From a virus: a stretch of DNA of 45,884 bases. The notes beneath the pieces are model-generated. The model was not told where the DNA came from and did no database searches. It saw only the letters and a program-made list of their open reading frames with translations. The translations under genes were made by a program, and so were the position numbers. Positions 43,891 through 45,884 of the stretch are shown here, in pieces (position 1 is the first letter of the stretch; each line of letters begins with the position of its first letter). Where the stretch lies: IMG/VR virus record IMGVR_UViG_3300045988_146045, positions 1-45,884 of that record; one strand, 5' to 3'.

Positions 43891-45078
43891 TTATTTTTCT
43901 AACTTAATTTTTTGCATTTCATCAAACAGTTTATTTAAAATTGTGTGAGTATATACATCATCGGTAATATCCTTGGATTTATGACCTACGATTCGTTTTC
44001 TTGAAAAATCATTTACATTATATAATTTAGCAAGGGTATTAAATGTATGACGAGTATCGTATGGAGTATGTGTGAAGTTTAATTGTTCCATTAAGTTATT
44101 AAAAATATTTTTTCTGAATTCAATATACTGATTGTTACTATCATTCATAAACAGATACATATTGTTTTCATTAATTAATTCCAATATGAATGGTTTTATC
44201 AAATCATGAATAGGAATGTTCCTATTTCTTCCAGCTTCAGTTTTACTACCAGTATTTATGTATGAAATTATCTTTTCATTTCCGTCATCATTACATTTTA
44301 CATCTATATAAATATTTTCCCTTGTTAATTTAAATAATTCGATAGGACGTGTTCCGGTGAAAATGTAGATTAATACAATTTTAGATTCTCTAGTATTGTG
44401 TTTGAATAGTTTTCTTATTTCTTCAATAGTAAATGGATGATGTTTACTATCCGTTTCGTTATCTGTTTTGATTTTAAGATAGCTTGAAAAATCTTCATTA
44501 GGTTTAACGTATTTACGTATTACTGCATATTCAAAAATCTGTTTGCATATTACTTTCATGTGAGCTAAGGTACCGCTTTTTCTTCCTCGTTCTTTTAATT
44601 CATCAAGAACGAATTGCATATCATCAAATTCTATATCACATATAGGTAGTTCATGAATAGAATCAAAGTTATTAAACCAGCTACGCTTTTGACCTCTAGA
44701 TTTCAGTTTAGAAAATTCTTCTTCGTCTAAAATATCATAGATTTCCTTGAATGTTGGAATTGATTTAGAAATAGATATTGTAGTTTTTGGTTTGACAGTA
44801 TTTATGGGATTGCTTTGGAAAATATATAGTTCTAATTTATTTGATATCTGTTTATAAATATCCCCGTAACGTCTTTCCGCTTCTTTTGCGCTTAGTTTAT
44901 CATCATACCTGAGTTTAGCTATCTCAAGAGCTGTAAAAGCATCATCAGGATCGCTAAAAGCATTTAGTGGTTTTTGCTCACCGTTAAAAGACACACAAGG
45001 AAGATAAGGACAGCTACGTCTGCCTGATAAGGTTTTGACAGTACCGTAGCCATTTGGTCTACGTTTTAATCTTACCAT
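43891..45078 (-). CDS. int: Tyrosine integrase (phage integrase family)
   Basis: 395 aa; C-terminal catalytic region containing ...RHTFNT... and ...GHKS...Y. motifs; RBS GGAG; adjacent to the arm-type repeats. Confidence 0.8.
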   Translation of the reverse strand: MVRLKRRPNGYGTVKTLSGRRSCPYLPCVSFNGEQKPLNAFSDPDDAFTALEIAKLRYDDKLSAKEAERRYGDIYKQISNKLELYIFQSNPINTVKPKTTISISKSIPTFKEIYDILDEEEFSKLKSRGQKRSWFNNFDSIHELPICDIEFDDMQFVLDELKERGRKSGTLAHMKVICKQIFEYAVIRKYVKPNEDFSSYLKIKTDNETDSKHHPFTIEEIRKLFKHNTRESKIVLIYIFTGTRPIELFKLTRENIYIDVKCNDDGNEKIISYINTGSKTEAGRNRNIPIHDLIKPFILELINENNMYLFMNDSNNQYIEFRKNIFNNLMEQLNFTHTPYDTRHTFNTLAKLYNVNDFSRKRIVGHKSKDITDDVYTHTILNKLFDEMQKIKLEK

Positions 45079-45108
45079 TTCATTTTACTCCTTTATTTGT
45101 TATAATAG

Positions 45109-45195
45109 GAGCATAATAAAGTTGTGGAATTTTATTATGCTCAGAGGTATTGCAGTACCTCGTGAACCATCCCATTGCAGTGGGGTGGTTTTTTT
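45109..45195 (+). promoter_or_regulatory. Structured intergenic element: a 12-bp-stem hairpin, then ggta-TTGCAG-tacc, then ccatccca-TTGCAG-tggggtgg plus T7 (plus-strand intrinsic terminator)
   Basis: Three consecutive hairpins between int and the lipoprotein gene; the last two have identical TTGCAG loops. Confidence 0.5.
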
Positions 45196-45198
45196 GTA

Positions 45199-45882
45199 TT
45201 AATTTATTAAATATCCATAACTATAATAATATGTGAGAACACTAATTATTTCTGTAGCACCTAGATTATAAGTTGAAAGCCATTTTCCAAAATCAGCTTT
45301 TTGTTTTAAAACATCATCACTAGAAAAATCATCTTTAACAGTTGTATCGGGGAACGGATTTATTATATGGTATTGAGAATTATTGATACCGCTATTTTTA
45401 TAAACGCAGTTAATGCTAGTACCACCGATTGCATCATCGCTTTTAGAAATTAATAAGAGTATAGCTATATCATCTTTCGAAACACCTACTTTTACTAAGT
45501 AGCTGGGATCGTTTAGTCTTTCAAATTTATAACCATTATTAACTAATTTTTTGTATGTTTCATCATTTGATACAAATGTAGTTTCTTTTTCTGTTACAGT
45601 TAATTTTGCGGTATTACTCTTAATTGTTTCGCCATCTGAAGTTTCGATTTCTAAGTAGAAGTTTGTTTCTCCTGCTTTTAAAGCAGTAATAAAATCACTA
45701 CTTGCTTCTGCTATCGAATCGTCATCAAAAATAATTTTTTTACTTTTAATTCCAAAATTACTATTATTTTTTTTGATTTCAACAGTACCTAATTCGCCAG
45801 TTTTGATATTTACATCCTCGATAGTGATGCTATTTTTTTCTTTACTACATCCTACAAAACCAAAACACAATAATAAAACCAA
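45199..45882 (-). CDS. Lipoprotein (C-terminal 227 aa in the window; the start codon lies beyond the window end, or at complement 139-141 if circular)
   Basis: Lipobox LLLCFGFVGCS; same protein as the fragment at 1-141; adjacent to int. Confidence 0.75.
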   Translation of the reverse strand: MVLLLCFGFVGCSKEKNSITIEDVNIKTGELGTVEIKKNNSNFGIKSKKIIFDDDSIAEASSDFITALKAGETNFYLEIETSDGETIKSNTAKLTVTEKETTFVSNDETYKKLVNNGYKFERLNDPSYLVKVGVSKDDIAILLLISKSDDAIGGTSINCVYKNSGINNSQYHIINPFPDTTVKDDFSSDDVLKQKADFGKWLSTYNLGATEIISVLTYYYSYGYLIN

Positions 45883-45884
45883 TA

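Noticed and set aside
45080-45198. tRNA or tmRNA gene as the integration target next to int
   Set aside because: No cloverleaf could be drawn: there is no acceptor/T-arm pairing and no CCA end. The structure is three simple hairpins ending in a terminator.

Overview
The whole window looks like one temperate siphovirus-like phage genome (about 45.8 kb, low GC, Firmicutes-type signals), with no recognisable host genes. The first 119 bp (1-119) are identical to the last 119 bp (45766-45884). A lipoprotein gene reads across that junction. So the window is either a complete circular or terminally redundant phage contig with an assembly overlap, or a prophage cut exactly at its att duplications. 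I favour the first reading, because an attP-like cluster of TAGTAACA arm-type repeats lies next to the tyrosine integrase at 43.7-43.9 kb. The gene order, left to right, is as follows.
- Lysogeny module: lipoprotein, three XRE-type HTH proteins including a divergent cI/cro pair with a 27-bp palindromic operator, and an antirepressor.
- A 3D-domain protein interrupted by an in-frame TGA.
- Recombination and replication module: Cas4-like PD-(D/E)XK nuclease, Sak4-like ATPase, DUF669/SSB-like protein, SF2 helicase, VRR-NUC nuclease, dimeric dUTPase, and a primase/SF3-helicase followed by an iteron-plus-AT-rich origin.
- A TerS-like gene separated from TerL by a ~5.5 kb accessory island. The island holds an oppositely oriented two-gene cassette of small acidic proteins, an HTH plus small serine recombinase pair, a second lipoprotein with its own promoter and terminator, and a second divergent XRE / RHH-Rha switch with AGTAC-N4-GTACT operators.
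- SPP1-like morphogenesis: TerL, portal, scaffold, capsid, connectors, major tail protein, a G/GT -1 frameshift, a 1510-aa tape measure protein, and a Tal-like protein plus fibres.
- Lysis cassette: a Phage_holin_1-family holin, a holin-associated membrane protein, and an NlpC/P60-SH3b endolysin.
- Tyrosine integrase.
The most interesting unexplained signals are these.
- The accessory island between terS and terL, which could be an anti-defense or phase-variable module.
- A GAGCC-N-TGAGCC motif recurring upstream of five late genes.
- Three hairpins that share a TTGCAG loop.
- The TGA-split 3D-domain gene.
No tRNA, CRISPR array, transposase or reverse transcriptase was seen.
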